This document shows positions 55,566-64,000 of a stretch of 64,000 bases of DNA, in pieces. This DNA comes from a virus. Its lineage: Duplodnaviria > Heunggongvirae > Uroviricota > Caudoviricetes. The notes below the pieces were generated by a model, which worked only from the letters and a program-made list of their open reading frames with translations, searched no databases and was not told the DNA's origin. Both the position numbers and the translations under genes were made by a program. The stretch is taken from the IMG/VR virus record IMGVR_UViG_3300042896_000947, positions 46,159 through 110,158 of that record. One strand, written 5' to 3'. Positions within the stretch are counted from its first letter, which is position 1; every line of letters starts with the position of its first letter.

Positions 55566-55960
55566 GTTTGTTCCTTGGGGATGGGGAGGTTGAGAAGGCG
55601 CATGACTTCAAGAAGCTCGCCGGTCGATACGGTGGCGGGTGTCGAGTAGCTGGGAATGTTACGCAGGCCGGCATTCAGGTCTTGCCACAGGCGGAGGCGG
55701 TACTTCTCACGCAGGTGTTCGGCGCGATTCATGTGGCAGGTGCCTGGGCTGTTCCAGCCTGCGCCGTCTGCAACCAGGCTTTTAAGGTCAATGCGCATCT
55801 GGCGGGCGCCGCCGTCGTGCCTCTTGCTTAGGGTGGCCCATGTGCGACCGACCGTTGCAATAGTGACGACACTGCCTTCGCCGTTACGAAGGCCGGAAGA
55901 CCGGGGTTCAAACCAAAGCTCCTGGCCGACGGCAAGGTTGTGCGGGTTGTGGCTGCTCAT
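55562..55960 (-). CDS. Hypothetical protein (132 aa)
   Basis: ORF, coupled. Confidence 0.45.
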   Translation of the reverse strand: MSSHNPHNLAVGQELWFEPRSSGLRNGEGSVVTIATVGRTWATLSKRHDGGARQMRIDLKSLVADGAGWNSPGTCHMNRAEHLREKYRLRLWQDLNAGLRNIPSYSTPATVSTGELLEVMRLLNLPIPKEQT

Positions 55961-56019
55961 GGCATAGTGTCCTTATAGAGAGGTTGAGGAAAAGAATTTC
56001 TGTCGGCGCGTGGCGGCGT

Positions 56020-56517
56020 TCACCACACGCCCCACAGCGGGCTGGCGCGCACTTCTGCTACCGTGGGCAGCAATTCGGTCGCGGCGCGCTCATGGGCTTG
56101 GTCCAGGGCATGCTGGGTGCCCTCGAACAAGGCACCGATCTCGCACCATGCTTCAAGTCCGGGGAAGACCTGAAACGCCTGACTGAGCGGCAGCGTCATC
56201 GAGGCGATGGTCGACGCCAGCGCCGGCTTGCTGGGGCAAAAGGTGGCGCTGATCTCCAGACTGGCCATGTCGCTGCGCTCGGTGATGATGACGTTGTCCA
56301 GGCGAAAGCTCTCGCGGCCGCCGAACCGGTATGTGCTGAAAGGGCTTGCCGCGCCGCGCTCGGGCTTGCGCAGGCGCACGGCCAGCCTGAGCCCCTCTCC
56401 AATCGTGAACAGCGGCGCGAGGTGTCGCTTGGCGTTGTGGTTGAGCCGGGCGATGCAGGTACGCAGCTCGCCGTGCATGCCGGGTTGGCGGTGCAGGTCA
56501 AGGTCGGTGATGAACAT
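56020..56517 (-). CDS. Hypothetical protein (165 aa)
   Basis: ORF. Confidence 0.45.
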   Translation of the reverse strand: MFITDLDLHRQPGMHGELRTCIARLNHNAKRHLAPLFTIGEGLRLAVRLRKPERGAASPFSTYRFGGRESFRLDNVIITERSDMASLEISATFCPSKPALASTIASMTLPLSQAFQVFPGLEAWCEIGALFEGTQHALDQAHERAATELLPTVAEVRASPLWGVW

Positions 56518-56521
56518 GGCT

Positions 56522-58471
56522 TCAGGCGCAAAGCGCCCCTTCGACCACCGAAGTCCACTGGCTGACCTTGCGCACCACCGTCACGTTGTCGCACCAGTCC
56601 TTGAGGTCCGAGTGGCTGATGACCAGCACCGTGCCGCGCTCGCGCGCCTTGCGTTCGAGAATCGTCATCAAGCGCTCCAGCCCGGCCGGGTCCAGCGCAT
56701 CGTCGATTTCGTCGCCGATGAACAGGTCAAGCGGCTGGGTCGCCCGGGAGGCCACGAGGTCTTGCAGCGCCAGGGCGCAGGCGATGCGCACCTTGCGCTT
56801 TTCACCGCCCGACAGGGCGAGAAAGGAGTCGCCGCCCTTGCTGTGGGCCACGTCGATGCTGAACTTTTCCTTGAGGTCGCCGGTGGCCGACTTGGTCAGC
56901 GTTGTCCAGACCGCCTGAATCTCCCCGTCCGACAGGGCGCTCAGGTAGTCCGAGGTGCGGGTGTTGAGGAAGGGGGTAACCGCGTCCAGAATTTGCGCCC
57001 GCACGCCGGCCGGGCCGAAGACCTTGGCCACGGCAGCGGCCACCTCCTGCGCCTTGAGGGCTGCGCCCAGCGCGGCGTTGGCCGCCTCCAGCCGTGTAGA
57101 CGCGGCGACGGTCTGCGTCTCGCACATCGCCAGCGCCGACGCATGCGGGTTGGGTTCGGTGCGGCGCAGTGCCAGCTGGTCGTTGGCTGCCTTGAGGTCA
57201 CGCGACCGGAGTGCCGCCGCGTTGTCCAGGTCTACCCAGCGGTTAGCCTCTGCCACCAGCGCCGTGCGGGACGTGGTCAGCTCGGACACGTCGGGCACGG
57301 CTGCTCGGTGGGCAGCCGCCACTTCGCGCAGCGCCTTGAGCGTCACCACCTGTGCAGTTGCCACCTTCTTGCCCTCGTCGAGCTTGGCGCGCGCCTGCTC
57401 CAGGTGCAGGGTGCGGTGCTTCACATAGTCCTCGACGCTCATGGTCTCCAGCACCGTGCCGCATTCGGTGCAGGGTTTCTTGATTTCGGTCGCCGCGTTG
57501 GCGATCTGTGTCTGGTGCAGCGTGACCTGCGCCATCAGCCGCTTGAGCAGCCCGGTGTCGATCGCCATCTCGGCGGTGCGAACCTCCTTCTCAGCAGCCT
57601 GCGCGTTGCGCTCCAGCGCACGGTGGGCGGCCAGTTGCTCGTCGATCGCCTTGGTGCGCACCAAGGCGTCACAGCGGCCCGAAAACAGTGCGTCGCGCGC
57701 CGTGACTGCATGCTCCATCTCTGCCGTGGCTCTCAGCAGCACATCGGCGCTCTCAGACACCCGGACTGCGCGTTCGTCCTCCCAGCGCTGGTGCTTGGCC
57801 GTCACCTCGGCCGAGGTCATCGCCAGGCGTGCCAGCTCGGTGCGAATGGTCGCGGCGTGGTTGTCCGCCACGGTGGCAGTGCTCTTTGCGGCATTGGCAC
57901 GCTCTCTCGCCAGCTCGTAGGCTTTCTCGATGCGCTGCAGGCCGGCGGCCTCCTCGATCAGCGTCTTGAGTTCGCGGTCCTTCATCTTGGGCAGGTCGGG
58001 CATCACTTCCTGACCGCTGTAGACGGCGGCCATGAAGACGCCGTGCGAGCAACCCAGCAGGCTCTCGACCACCTTTTGCGTCTCGGCGTCGGTGCCCCGG
58101 GACAGGTCCACCATCACGCCGGCGCGGCTGTCGCTCTCGACCTCAACGGTCAGGCTGTTCTTGCCCCGGGTGTCCTTGCGGTGGCGCGTGACGGTGTACT
58201 TGGACACGCCGTTGGTCATGGTGAGCGAGACACAGCAGTCCTTCTTGGCGGCCAGGTTGACCACGGCATCGCCCTTGACCTCCCGGGCGGTCAGGCCATA
58301 GAGGCACCAGCTGATTGCGTCCACCATGCTGGACTTGCCCGCGCCGTTGCTCGACGCGGACGAGTCGTCGTCGTTGCTGCCCTGCACCAGCTGCAGGCCC
58401 CGGTCAGCGAGGTTGACGCGGGCCTTGCTGATGGTCAAAAAGTTCTGGATGTCCAGGTCGTGAAATTTCAT
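56522..58471 (-). CDS. sbcC: SbcC/Rad50-like SMC-type recombination ATPase
   Basis: Walker A GSNGAGKSS, central coiled coil with CxxC zinc hook (KKPCTECG), signature LSGGEKR, Walker B LFIGDEID. Confidence 0.8.
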   Translation of the reverse strand: MKFHDLDIQNFLTISKARVNLADRGLQLVQGSNDDDSSASSNGAGKSSMVDAISWCLYGLTAREVKGDAVVNLAAKKDCCVSLTMTNGVSKYTVTRHRKDTRGKNSLTVEVESDSRAGVMVDLSRGTDAETQKVVESLLGCSHGVFMAAVYSGQEVMPDLPKMKDRELKTLIEEAAGLQRIEKAYELARERANAAKSTATVADNHAATIRTELARLAMTSAEVTAKHQRWEDERAVRVSESADVLLRATAEMEHAVTARDALFSGRCDALVRTKAIDEQLAAHRALERNAQAAEKEVRTAEMAIDTGLLKRLMAQVTLHQTQIANAATEIKKPCTECGTVLETMSVEDYVKHRTLHLEQARAKLDEGKKVATAQVVTLKALREVAAAHRAAVPDVSELTTSRTALVAEANRWVDLDNAAALRSRDLKAANDQLALRRTEPNPHASALAMCETQTVAASTRLEAANAALGAALKAQEVAAAVAKVFGPAGVRAQILDAVTPFLNTRTSDYLSALSDGEIQAVWTTLTKSATGDLKEKFSIDVAHSKGGDSFLALSGGEKRKVRIACALALQDLVASRATQPLDLFIGDEIDDALDPAGLERLMTILERKARERGTVLVISHSDLKDWCDNVTVVRKVSQWTSVVEGALCA

Positions 58472-58920
58472 GTTGCCTCCATGATGCGGGAGTTGATGAT
58501 CTTGGTGCGGCCCTCGGCGGCAAGGCGGTCAGCGCGCTCATTGCCAGTCACCCCTGAGTGACCCTTGACCCATAGAATACGGGCTTTTGATTGGAGCGAC
58601 AGCGCGTAGCCTTGCTTGACGAGGTCCAGGTTCTTGACCGGCTGACCGTCGCCCTTGACCCACCCGCGCTTTTTCCAGCCGGCGGCCCAGGCCGTCAGCG
58701 TCTTCACGCACAGCTGGCTGTCGCTGAAAATGGTGCAGGGCTGGCCATCGGCCAGGCGCATCGCTTCGATCAGCGCTTGCATCTCCATGCGGTTGTTGGT
58801 GGTCTCCATGGCGCCACCGCACTCGGTCCAGACTTCGCGCCCGTTTTGGTAGGCGACCACGCCCCAGCCACCGGCGCCTGGATTGGGAATGCACCCGCCA
58901 TCGGCATAAATGTCGAGCAT
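58468..58920 (-). CDS. rnhA: Ribonuclease H
   Basis: Start MLDIYADGGCIPNPGAGGWG. ..TNNRMEMQA.., ..SDSQ.., ..HSGVTGNERADRLA... Confidence 0.8.
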   Translation of the reverse strand: MLDIYADGGCIPNPGAGGWGVVAYQNGREVWTECGGAMETTNNRMEMQALIEAMRLADGQPCTIFSDSQLCVKTLTAWAAGWKKRGWVKGDGQPVKNLDLVKQGYALSLQSKARILWVKGHSGVTGNERADRLAAEGRTKIINSRIMEAT

Positions 58921-58924
58921 CGCC

Positions 58925-59125
58925 TTACTCCTTGCGGGGGCCGAAGGCAAAATAGCCCAGCACCAGCATCAGAAACACAGTCGCGGCGATCAGGCCGAGG
59001 GTGATCGCCAGCACAACCGAAATAAATGCCGTGACAAGCAGCGTGAAAATAGCCTGCAGCGCCTCGCGCGTATCGTTGTGCATGTTCACTTTTGGCATGC
59101 GAGCCTTCGCTTCTTGAAATTTCAT
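58925..59125 (-). CDS. Small membrane protein (66 aa)
   Basis: Hydrophobic core. Confidence 0.4.
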   Translation of the reverse strand: MKFQEAKARMPKVNMHNDTREALQAIFTLLVTAFISVVLAITLGLIAATVFLMLVLGYFAFGPRKE

Positions 59126-59128
59126 AAA

Positions 59129-60256
59129 TTACTCCTTGGTTGAATCTACTGAACCCAGCACCGCCAGCGCGGCCTTGGTGACCTCTTCCACAGCCACGCC
59201 CGGCATCGCTTTGATGAAGTCCGTGACCGACACCTCAAGCGATGCACCCGACGCGACCGTGGCGCGCTCGGTGCCCTCTCTCACGGGCGGTTTGGGCTGC
59301 GCCTGAACGATGACCGCTTTCGCGCCCATGTCGAGCAGCTCCTGACGGGCTTGCTCCACGTCGCGTGTCTTGCTGGCCTCGACCTTGACGCGCACATAGT
59401 TCTGGTCCACCAGGAAGGGGATGTCGGCCGGGTCCAGGTCAACGAGCTGGCTCAGGTCGATGAACTCGGGCAGGTGGCTCTTGCGCCACTCGACGCGGTC
59501 GGGATGCACGATCAGAAAGCCCGCCTTGGTGCCGATGTCGGACCAGGTGTGGTGCGCCAGGGCGCCGATTGAATAGACCTCGCCGTAGAAGTCGCCCCCG
59601 CCTTCTTCTGCCTCGGCGTTGAAGCCCGGGTGCATTTGCTTGTGGTTGTGGTAGTGGCCTGACAGCACACGCTTGAAGCCCAGCGAGGCGAGGTAATCGG
59701 GGTCCAGCCCGTGCAGCGGCAGACCTTTGATGACGCCGTCGATGGGCGCGTGCAGGATCAGGTCGGTGTTATCGGGGAAGAACCCCGTGGGGCCGGTGTC
59801 GAGCGCCTTGATGGCGGCCTTCAGGTCGTCAATGCTTTCATGCCAGGGCACCAGCGCTGTGCCTGTGGCTCTGAAGTATTCTGACGCGCTCACGGTAGAC
59901 ACATAGCCACACTCCAGCGCGGTGACGGCGCTGCCCAAGCGGGTGCTGTCCTTGCCGGCGAGGTCGTGGTTGCCCGCCAGAATGATGAAGCAGGTGCCGA
60001 ACTGCTGGTTGCAGCCATTGAGGCGGTCGCGCAGCGCGTTAAGCACCGGCGGCGACACAGAGCCGCGCACATGGAAAATATCCCCAGCCATGATGACGAC
60101 GGTGCCGCCAGCTTCGTGGGTTTCTTTGGCGCAGCGGGTGATTTCGTCGAGCAGGCCCACCAGCCGGGTGTTCTGCCCGTCAGGCGTGGTGCCCGAGAAG
60201 GACGACCATTCGTGAAGGTGCAGGTCGGCCATGAGGCCGTAGGGGCGGCAAGTCAT
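59129..60256 (-). CDS. sbcD: SbcD/Mre11-like nuclease (calcineurin-like phosphoesterase)
   Basis: Motifs ..ADLHLH.., ..GDIFH.., ..AGNHD... 375 aa, adjacent to SbcC. Confidence 0.8.
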   Translation of the reverse strand: MTCRPYGLMADLHLHEWSSFSGTTPDGQNTRLVGLLDEITRCAKETHEAGGTVVIMAGDIFHVRGSVSPPVLNALRDRLNGCNQQFGTCFIILAGNHDLAGKDSTRLGSAVTALECGYVSTVSASEYFRATGTALVPWHESIDDLKAAIKALDTGPTGFFPDNTDLILHAPIDGVIKGLPLHGLDPDYLASLGFKRVLSGHYHNHKQMHPGFNAEAEEGGGDFYGEVYSIGALAHHTWSDIGTKAGFLIVHPDRVEWRKSHLPEFIDLSQLVDLDPADIPFLVDQNYVRVKVEASKTRDVEQARQELLDMGAKAVIVQAQPKPPVREGTERATVASGASLEVSVTDFIKAMPGVAVEEVTKAALAVLGSVDSTKE

Positions 60257-60327
60257 AAATTGTTCCTCTTAAAAATGCCCGCATGGTGCGGGTCTGGTTT
60301 CATTATAGATAGTCAATTCTGACTGAC

Positions 60328-60738
60328 TCACCCTGGCTGCGTATAAAAACGGTGACTGCCGATCTGCTTGACCTCGACCATCGCCAGGCGCCAGCGTGGG
60401 CGAACGTAGGTGGCGTGGTAGAAGGTTGCGCCCCGGGTGAAGTCCGGCATGCGCCCGGCCAGCGAGGTCTGCGCGATGCGCTGGGCCATCCACCAGGCGT
60501 GCTGGTCCTTGGGGGTCAGCGCCGGCGACAGCTCCCAGCCGCCCTTGACGCGGGTCACGCCCCGGTTGGCCCAGCTGAACTGCTTGGGCTTAAAGGTGAC
60601 CTGGCAGACCTGGCGCTTGTCCTGCTTGGCGCGGTTGAGCGTGACCATCGCCACGGCGTACTGGCCCATGACGGGTTCGCCGCGCGCTTCGTGAAAAATA
60701 TTTAGACTTAAACAAAGCAGTGCCGTGCTGACGATCAT
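60328..60738 (-). CDS. Cell wall hydrolase, SleB-like (Hydrolase_2 family)
   Basis: Start MIVSTALLCL (signal-like). ..NIFHEARGEP.. and ..AMVTLNR.. SleB motifs. N-terminal extension in the ORF track rejected. Confidence 0.6.
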   Translation of the reverse strand: MIVSTALLCLSLNIFHEARGEPVMGQYAVAMVTLNRAKQDKRQVCQVTFKPKQFSWANRGVTRVKGGWELSPALTPKDQHAWWMAQRIAQTSLAGRMPDFTRGATFYHATYVRPRWRLAMVEVKQIGSHRFYTQPG

Positions 60739-60844
60739 GACCGTTCGTCCACCAGCAGGCACAAAAAGCCCACCACAAAGGCCCACGCTGGCGCACTTAG
60801 GGCAATGCAGGCGAAGAGGCCAAACAGCGCCGTCGTATTGATCT

Positions 60845-61135
60845 TCATGCGTCCAGCTCCAGGGTTTCCTTGGTGGTGGTGTTGGTGGCAAGCGGCGGCG
60901 GCTCGATCTTGACCAGCCAGTCGGCGGCAAAATCTGCCAGGCCGCCGGGCACCAGCGAGCGGTCATCCCGGGCGCGCTCGGCGAACTCGGCCTCGCAGCG
61001 CCAGAGGATGCCCAGCTGCGGGCACTCGTAGACACGATGCCTGACCTGCACGATCAGTCCGATGTTCGGGCTGTCCTTGCCCTTCAGGCCGCTGATGACA
61101 CGGCACATGTCTCCGGCTTCAATGGGTTTGTTCAC
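60845..61135 (-). CDS. Hypothetical protein (96 aa)
   Basis: ORF, coupled. Confidence 0.4.
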   Translation of the reverse strand: MNKPIEAGDMCRVISGLKGKDSPNIGLIVQVRHRVYECPQLGILWRCEAEFAERARDDRSLVPGGLADFAADWLVKIEPPPLATNTTTKETLELDA

Positions 61136-61395
61136 GGCTCGTCTCCCGTCACGGTGATGGCCTTGCCGAAGTCATCGTGCCAGGTGCCGTCGGGCTGCTG
61201 CGTGACGCGCTCGACGCTGAAGTCCTCATCGTCGCCCTCGGGCTCTTCGCCTGCCTGGATCGCCGCCTCGTAGCGGGAGGCATTCATGTCGTCGAGTTCG
61301 GCCTGCGCCTCTTGCTGCGTGTCGTAGAAGTCGTCCGGACTGACGGTCGGCCCCTGGAACACGGTGTCGCAAACCAGTGCAAATTTCGTTTTCAT
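61132..61395 (-). CDS. Small acidic hypothetical protein (87 aa)
   Basis: Preceded by palindrome AGTCA-tgga-TGACT (61430-61443) + TATAAT + RBS. Confidence 0.45.
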   Translation of the reverse strand: MKTKFALVCDTVFQGPTVSPDDFYDTQQEAQAELDDMNASRYEAAIQAGEEPEGDDEDFSVERVTQQPDGTWHDDFGKAITVTGDEP

Positions 61396-61417
61396 AGTTT
61401 CCCTTTCGATGCCCTGA

Positions 61418-61876
61418 TTATAAAGATGCAGTCATGGATGACTTACGGCGACCGCCCGCGACCCGCATCTGGGCCAGGGTGTTGGCCACCCGGTCCTCTT
61501 CGGGCGGCAGCGTCTCGACCCACAGGCCCTTGGGCACAGCCACATAGGACTTGGTCCGGTCCACCAGTGCGGCGCTGCATGCTTCGAGCGGCGCGGTGTA
61601 GCTCGAACCGTCCGGGAAGCGACAGCCGACGAAGACCACGCCGTAAGAGCGCAGGCTGCTCAGGGCGCTGCGCGTGACGTGGATCGAGTCATCGCTGGGC
61701 GACAGGCGCATGACCTCGGCCGAGCCCCAGTAGATGCCGCAGGCCGGCGGTGACCCGGGCATGGTCTTGGCGACCTCGATGCGGCCCAGCACCTTGTTGC
61801 CGACCTTGACGGTGCGGGTGGTGAACAGGCCGCACTTGCTCAGTTTTGGCTCGCTGATGCGCTGCTCGTAGTTCAT
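61418..61876 (-). CDS. Hypothetical protein (152 aa)
   Basis: ORF. Confidence 0.45.
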   Translation of the reverse strand: MNYEQRISEPKLSKCGLFTTRTVKVGNKVLGRIEVAKTMPGSPPACGIYWGSAEVMRLSPSDDSIHVTRSALSSLRSYGVVFVGCRFPDGSSYTAPLEACSAALVDRTKSYVAVPKGLWVETLPPEEDRVANTLAQMRVAGGRRKSSMTASL

Positions 61877-62169
61877 GGCGTTTGTCCGGTGGCCTTGGCG
61901 ATCAGGGCGCGCACGGGTGCCTCGTCAAAGCAGTAGTAGGCATCATTGCTGTGAACCTTGTTGTTGTGCGTCAGCAGCGACCGCAGCATCGCCAGCATGT
62001 CCGGCGCAGTGACGATCAAGACGGCATTGGCGCGCTGCTCGTTGATGGAGACATCGCGCAGCGGCATTCTGGCAATGCAGGGCGTTCCCGGCGCCCCGAT
62101 GGCGATGTCCGAGGTGGCTTGCGGCCAGCTGTTGATGGACCAAGGCCCCGGCGTATGTTTGTCGGTCAT
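61873..62169 (-). CDS. Hypothetical protein (98 aa)
   Basis: ORF, ATGA-coupled. Confidence 0.45.
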   Translation of the reverse strand: MTDKHTPGPWSINSWPQATSDIAIGAPGTPCIARMPLRDVSINEQRANAVLIVTAPDMLAMLRSLLTHNNKVHSNDAYYCFDEAPVRALIAKATGQTP

Positions 62170-62525
62170 GGAATCTCCCGTAAATAAATAACTGAACAGA
62201 TTGAATTCTCACTGCACCGGGCAGGCCCAAAGTGTTTGTAGCGCTTCATCATGGAGGCGATCAACAGGGCCGCTCGCTCGGCCTCGGGATGCTCCTTCCA
62301 GTTGTGCGCCTGGTGCGCATGCCGGGCCGCCACGTCGGTGAGGGTGCCCACATGCACTTCGGTCACCGTGGCGAGCAGCAAGCGCTTGGCAGAGCGCGAG
62401 TCAACCAGCTCCACCGTGCTGCCCGGTGGGTACTTTTCAGCAGCGACGCGGCCCAACCGGAAAGTGCAGAACTCGCCGGTCAGGCCGCGTCGGGGGTAGG
62501 AGAAGCGCATGGTGTTGAGGGTCAT
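62166..62525 (-). CDS. Hypothetical protein (119 aa)
   Basis: ORF. Confidence 0.45.
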   Translation of the reverse strand: MTLNTMRFSYPRRGLTGEFCTFRLGRVAAEKYPPGSTVELVDSRSAKRLLLATVTEVHVGTLTDVAARHAHQAHNWKEHPEAERAALLIASMMKRYKHFGPARCSENSICSVIYLREIP

Positions 62526-62566
62526 AACACCATGATAGGGTAGGCTAGACTAGCCTACCCTACTCT

Positions 62567-63592
62567 TTACTCGGCGTAGAGCAGCTTGACCAGCTCTTCG
62601 TACTTGCCTTCGGTGTCGATCTTCTTGGCCAGCACGGTGGCGTAATACTTCTTGCCTTCAAAGACGATCATCTTGCCGTCCTTGAGCAGCTTGCCCGTCT
62701 CCAGCAGCGTGTCGATCAGGCCCAGCGTGTAGTCAAAGCTGGCGCGGCCTTCGTCGTCGTAGGTCAGGCGCATTTCGGTCGTCTGGAACGGCCGTGTGCT
62801 TTTGCTTTTCGTGGTCTTGAACTCAATCAGCCGGCCCTTGAACTCCTTGCCGCCGGCGACTTCCTCCATGATCTTCTTGGACGACACCTGCAAGCGCGTG
62901 GTGGAGAAATACTCGGGCGCTTTGCCGCCCGGGGTGTAGGTCGGGTCGCCGTAGCTCACGCCCGGCTTTTCGCGCTGCTGGTTCAGGAAGATCACCACCG
63001 CGTTGAAGCGGCTCGCCATCTGTGCCACCTTTGGGAAGTGCGACGAAGTGGCCTTGGCCAGCGCCAGGTTGTCGTTCATGTTGCGCGATGAGGCGGCGCG
63101 AAACACGCCGTCCTTGTCGTACATGACCGACCGGGGCACGGCGGCGGCAATCGAGTCGAACACCATGACGATGGGCGCCGTGTCGGGGATGGGCTTTTGC
63201 TTCCTGATCTGCTCGACAAACTCAAACGCCTTGTCGATGCCGTCCTCGAACGTCTCGGGCGTGATCTTGTGAAACAGCGGGAAGGTCGCGTCCAGACCGA
63301 TCTCTTCGGCAAAGCGCACCGAGAAGGCGCGCTCCCAATCGACAAACAGGGCCATGCCGCCGGCGCGCTGCGCTTGCACCATCGCCAGCGTTGCCAGTAC
63401 GGTCTTGCCCGACGCGGCCGGGCCGTAGATTTCAGCGCAGCGGCCGTAGAGCAGCCCGGCGGTGTAGCTGCCGCCGAGAATCTTGTTCAGCGGAGGAAAG
63501 CCCATGTCCAAGAACTGCTCGGGCGGCTCAACGTCCTGAAACTTGGTCATTGCGGCGCCGAAGGCGGCGAGTGAGGCGGTGGGAGTGGTCAT
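62567..63592 (-). CDS. RecA-like recombinase (RecA/UvsX family)
   Basis: Start MTTPTASLAAF. Walker A GPAASGKT, RecA-like core. 341 aa. Confidence 0.7.
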   Translation of the reverse strand: MTTPTASLAAFGAAMTKFQDVEPPEQFLDMGFPPLNKILGGSYTAGLLYGRCAEIYGPAASGKTVLATLAMVQAQRAGGMALFVDWERAFSVRFAEEIGLDATFPLFHKITPETFEDGIDKAFEFVEQIRKQKPIPDTAPIVMVFDSIAAAVPRSVMYDKDGVFRAASSRNMNDNLALAKATSSHFPKVAQMASRFNAVVIFLNQQREKPGVSYGDPTYTPGGKAPEYFSTTRLQVSSKKIMEEVAGGKEFKGRLIEFKTTKSKSTRPFQTTEMRLTYDDEGRASFDYTLGLIDTLLETGKLLKDGKMIVFEGKKYYATVLAKKIDTEGKYEELVKLLYAE

Positions 63593-64000
63593 GCGATTTC
63601 CTTGGTGTGAATGATGTTGAAGGCGCGGAGAAATAAAACGAACTCGCTCAAAATGGAGCGAAAAGCCAGGCGCTGACAGAGCAGCTCGAAGCCCGCCACG
63701 TCGGCGCTTGCGGGGGTGCTGATGATTTCGCCCGGCGCCGGCTTGCGCGACAGGCTCCAGTCCATCAGCTTGACGTTGCGCTCGAACACGGCGCGGCCCT
63801 CGGGCGAGGCCAGAATCTGCTCGGGGTGCAGACTGGTGGCGGTCTTGGACGCGCGCGCCTTGGGGGTGTGGGTACCCGCGTCCACGGCGGCGAAGAACTC
63901 GTTCACGTCCTTCCACTGGGCCAGGAACAGCGCGGCGCCCTTTTCCCCGAGACCGGCAATGCCGTCGATGTTGTCCGAACCGTCGCCCTGCAGCGCCTTG
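63589..64000 (-). CDS. 5'-3' exonuclease / flap endonuclease (C-terminal part; gene continues past window end)
   Basis: The frame is open to the window edge. H3TH motif ..GSDNIDGIAGLGEKGAALFL.. is typical of Pol I-type 5' nucleases. Confidence 0.6.
   Translation of the reverse strand, partial: KALQGDGSDNIDGIAGLGEKGAALFLAQWKDVNEFFAAVDAGTHTPKARASKTATSLHPEQILASPEGRAVFERNVKLMDWSLSRKPAPGEIISTPASADVAGFELLCQRLAFRSILSEFVLFLRAFNIIHTKEIA

Noticed and set aside
60328-61035. N-terminal 99-aa extension of the SleB-like hydrolase
   Set aside because: The extension is Ser/Pro/Arg-rich and overlaps a small upstream ORF. The internal start MIVSTALLCL gives a signal-peptide-like N-terminus with an ATGA-coupled start.

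Overview
This 64-kb window (about 64% GC) is essentially all bacteriophage DNA. It looks siphovirus-like: the head module has portal, scaffold and an HK97-fold capsid with no obvious protease, and the tail is built on a tape-measure protein. Almost every gene is on the minus strand.

Layout, in coordinate order:
1. Late morphogenesis module, minus strand, 1-11150: TerS, TerL, portal, scaffold, major capsid, four head/neck proteins, tail terminator, major tail, and tail chaperones G/GT with a canonical -1 frameshift. The tape measure runs off the left edge.
2. A long translationally coupled minus-strand operon, 11420-16733: two paralogous ParB-like nuclease-domain proteins, three tiny ORFs, a standalone ABC-type ATPase with a small membrane protein, a thioredoxin, an unknown 306-aa protein and a winged-helix regulator.
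3. A plus-strand block, 16743-20589: SF2 helicase plus four unknown proteins, closed by a strong bidirectional terminator.
4. An AT-rich, repeat-dense regulatory/origin-like region, 20650-22700: a low-GC island, three 14-bp palindromic operators, 29-bp iterons and GCCGAATACAAAAT repeats.
5. An array of about 20 small-gene cassettes on the minus strand, 22700-36200. Each starts with a near-identical ~40-nt leader (GAYAATTGA...CAACAACA..AAGGTCTCACC-ATG) and many end with a GGGGCUUCGGCCCC-U terminator. The array is interrupted by a (GAGCCT)15 microsatellite, a 121-bp MITE-like inverted-repeat element and a ~650-bp non-coding GT-rich repeat island.
6. A replication, recombination and nucleotide-metabolism block, minus strand, 37000-64000: Sak4-like ATPase, DnaQ-like exonuclease, SPFH protein, P-loop kinase, dUTPase, ThyX, NAMPT with PRPP synthetase (an NAD-salvage pair), class II ribonucleotide reductase, RuvC, SbcC/SbcD, RNase H, SleB-like hydrolase, RecA-like recombinase and a partial 5'-3' exonuclease.

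A palindromic motif, AGTCA-N2-6-TGACT, recurs more than 25 times in intergenic regions. It usually sits 3-7 nt upstream of a TATAAT(AAAATC) box and looks like the operator of a genome-wide regulon.

I saw no integrase, tRNA, rRNA or CRISPR array. Many long plus-strand ORFs in the track are antisense artefacts of the high GC and were not called.
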